Notes under the pieces: model-generated
The model's input: only the letters and a program-made list of their open reading frames with translations
Databases searched by the model: none
Told to the model about the DNA's origin: nothing
Assembly: GCA_963813815.1 (NCBI GenBank)
Contig: CAWFAD010000016.1
Span: forward strand, 256,001-320,000
From: an uncultured bacterium
GTDB lineage: Bacteria > Krumholzibacteriota > Krumholzibacteriia > Krumholzibacteriales > Krumholzibacteriaceae
DNA length: 64,000 nt
Direction of reading: 5' to 3'
Program-made: the position numbers and the translations under genes
Shown here: positions 62,445-64,000 of the stretch, one piece after another
How the letters are laid out: each line of letters starts with the position of its first letter
Position numbering within the stretch: the first letter of the stretch is position 1

Positions 62445-63099
62445 CTTTTTGATATCCGAGCCTGTGGCACCCCCTTGGTTAACAGCCACTCTTGAAAGGC
62501 GCCTTCTCGGCGCGCCGCTATTTTCCGCACAGCTATAAGGAATTGCGCGATTGTCCGCTCGGCAGCGCGATTCTCAACGCAGGGAAGAGAGAGCCAGGAT
62601 CCTTCGCGGCGAAACGAAGTTTGTTCAATACCTGCGTACAATGCTTCAAGACTCTCTGGCTCTCCTAATGACACGGCGAGTTGGTTAACAGCTTTCTTCT
62701 TCTGGGCTCCCAGACTTGGGGAAATCAGAACATCCAGCAGCAACCTCGAAATTATATTGAAATGCAATGATTTGTATGATACGATGTACCCCATCTTGCC
62801 ATAGGGGACTGAAAACAGGATCAAAAGAGCTCACTTTCAAGCGTTAGCTTTTGGCTCGGAGGGGACACATGAAGCAACCGCGAATGCTTTGCATTGCGGC
62901 CGCGTTGTGCCTGCTCACATCAAACGCCTTTGCCTTGTCCCGAATCCGTTCAATCCGGCAACGACCATACGGTTTGATCTGCCCGTGCGGGCGCACGTGT
63001 GACAGACACCGGCCTTCGGCGAATCGAAGAAGATGATATTGCTCAGGTAGTTCATAAATCTCCAGCGTGTTTTGCTTCTCTATTCCATTAGGAGGGATC

Positions 63100-64000
63100 A
63101 TGAGAAGGAAAATGAAGAGTCTGGTGTCACTGCTGGCGTGTTGTTTCCTCATCATGGTCATCGGCTTTTCTTCCGCGTATGCCGTGTGGATTACGGACGG
63201 CGTAGCTATTGCGCCTGTTTTGGACCCGCTGCCGACGCAACCTCAGATCACCTCCGACGGATCTGGAGGATCGATCATCACATGGCAGGACTATCGCGGG
63301 GGATCCTACGACATCTACGCCCAGCGGGTGGATGCGAGCGGGGTCGTGCAATGGATGGCGAACGGGGTCGCCGTCTGCAGGGCGGGCTATGAGATGAATC
63401 CCCAGATCGTCTCCGACGGCTCCGGCGGAGCGATTATCACGTGGCAGGACTATCGCGCGGGATCCTACGACATCTACGCCCAGCGGGTGAATGCGAGCGG
63501 GGTCGTGCAATGGATGACGGACGGGATCGCTGTCTGCACGGCGGGCTATGATCAGACGTATCCCCAGATCGTCTCCGACGGCTCCGGTGGAGCGATCGTC
63601 ACGTGGTGGGACTATCGTGGCGGAAGCACCTGGGACATCTACGCCCAGCGGGTGAATGCGAGCGGAGTCGTGCAATGGATGACGGACGGGATCGCTGTCT
63701 GCACGGCGGGCTAGATCAGGCGTATCCCCAGATCGTCTCCGACGGTTCCGGCGGAGCGATCGTCACGTGGCGGGACTATCGCAGCGGGAGCACATACGAC
63801 ATCTACGCCCAGCGGGTGAATGCGAGCGGGGTCCAGTGGACCGCGAACGGCGTTGCCCTCAGCCTTTTGTACTACGGGAACCAGCAGATTCCTCAGATTG
63901 CCACTGATGGCTCGGGCGGAGCGATCGTCACGTGGCAGGACTATCGCAGTTCAACAATTATTTACATATACAGCCAGCGGGTGAACGGCAGCGGGGTTGT
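63100..64000 (+). CDS. Secreted tandem-repeat protein (~54 aa repeats, probably beta-propeller); frameshift at ~63712; runs off window end
   Basis: GGAGG RBS; signal peptide; repeats WxxDGxAVCxA..Q..PQIVSDGSGGAIxTWxDYR...DIYAQRVNASG starting ~63187, 63352, 63511, 63676, 63837. Confidence 0.85.

Noticed and set aside
63187..64000. Regularly spaced near-identical DNA repeats as a possible CRISPR array
   Set aside because: The period is ~160 nt, the repeats are coding, there are no unique spacers and no cas genes.

Overview
GC-rich (visually about two-thirds G+C) bacterial chromosomal segment. The EF-Tu switch-I variant and the SDGxGGAIxxWxDxR repeat protein suggest an FCB-associated lineage such as Ca. 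Krumholzibacteriota/Latescibacterota (inference only). 1-16.9 kb: housekeeping genes (ispG 3' end, NFACT/RqcH, yicC-gmk-rpoZ-coaBC-UDG-dnaB-mlaEFD-ispDF-gltX-ddl-M42 peptidase-cysS). 16.9-19.3 kb, minus strand: a three-gene protein-sorting locus made of a Cys-rich secreted protein with an unusual VPLF-type C-terminal sorting signal, an exosortase, and an apparently inactive exosortase-like partner. 19.4-53.4 kb: one contiguous translation/transcription supercluster (4 tRNAs, tuf, rpmG, secE, nusG, rplKAJL, rpoBC, rpsLG, fusA, second tuf, S10, spc and alpha operons). 53.4-56.9 kb: AEC transporter, FAD-binding protein and CCG Fe-S protein. 57.0-62.4 kb: a ~5.3 kb island integrated at tRNA-Asn, carrying a large serine recombinase, an HUH rolling-circle Rep with a phiX174/pC194-like nick motif, an AT-rich two-gene cargo operon (candidate defence module) and an AAA/DUF4143-type ATPase. 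The window ends in a secreted tandem-repeat protein. Several frameshifts, including in essential secY, point to sequencing/assembly indels. All family assignments are from motif recognition by eye; no database searches were run.
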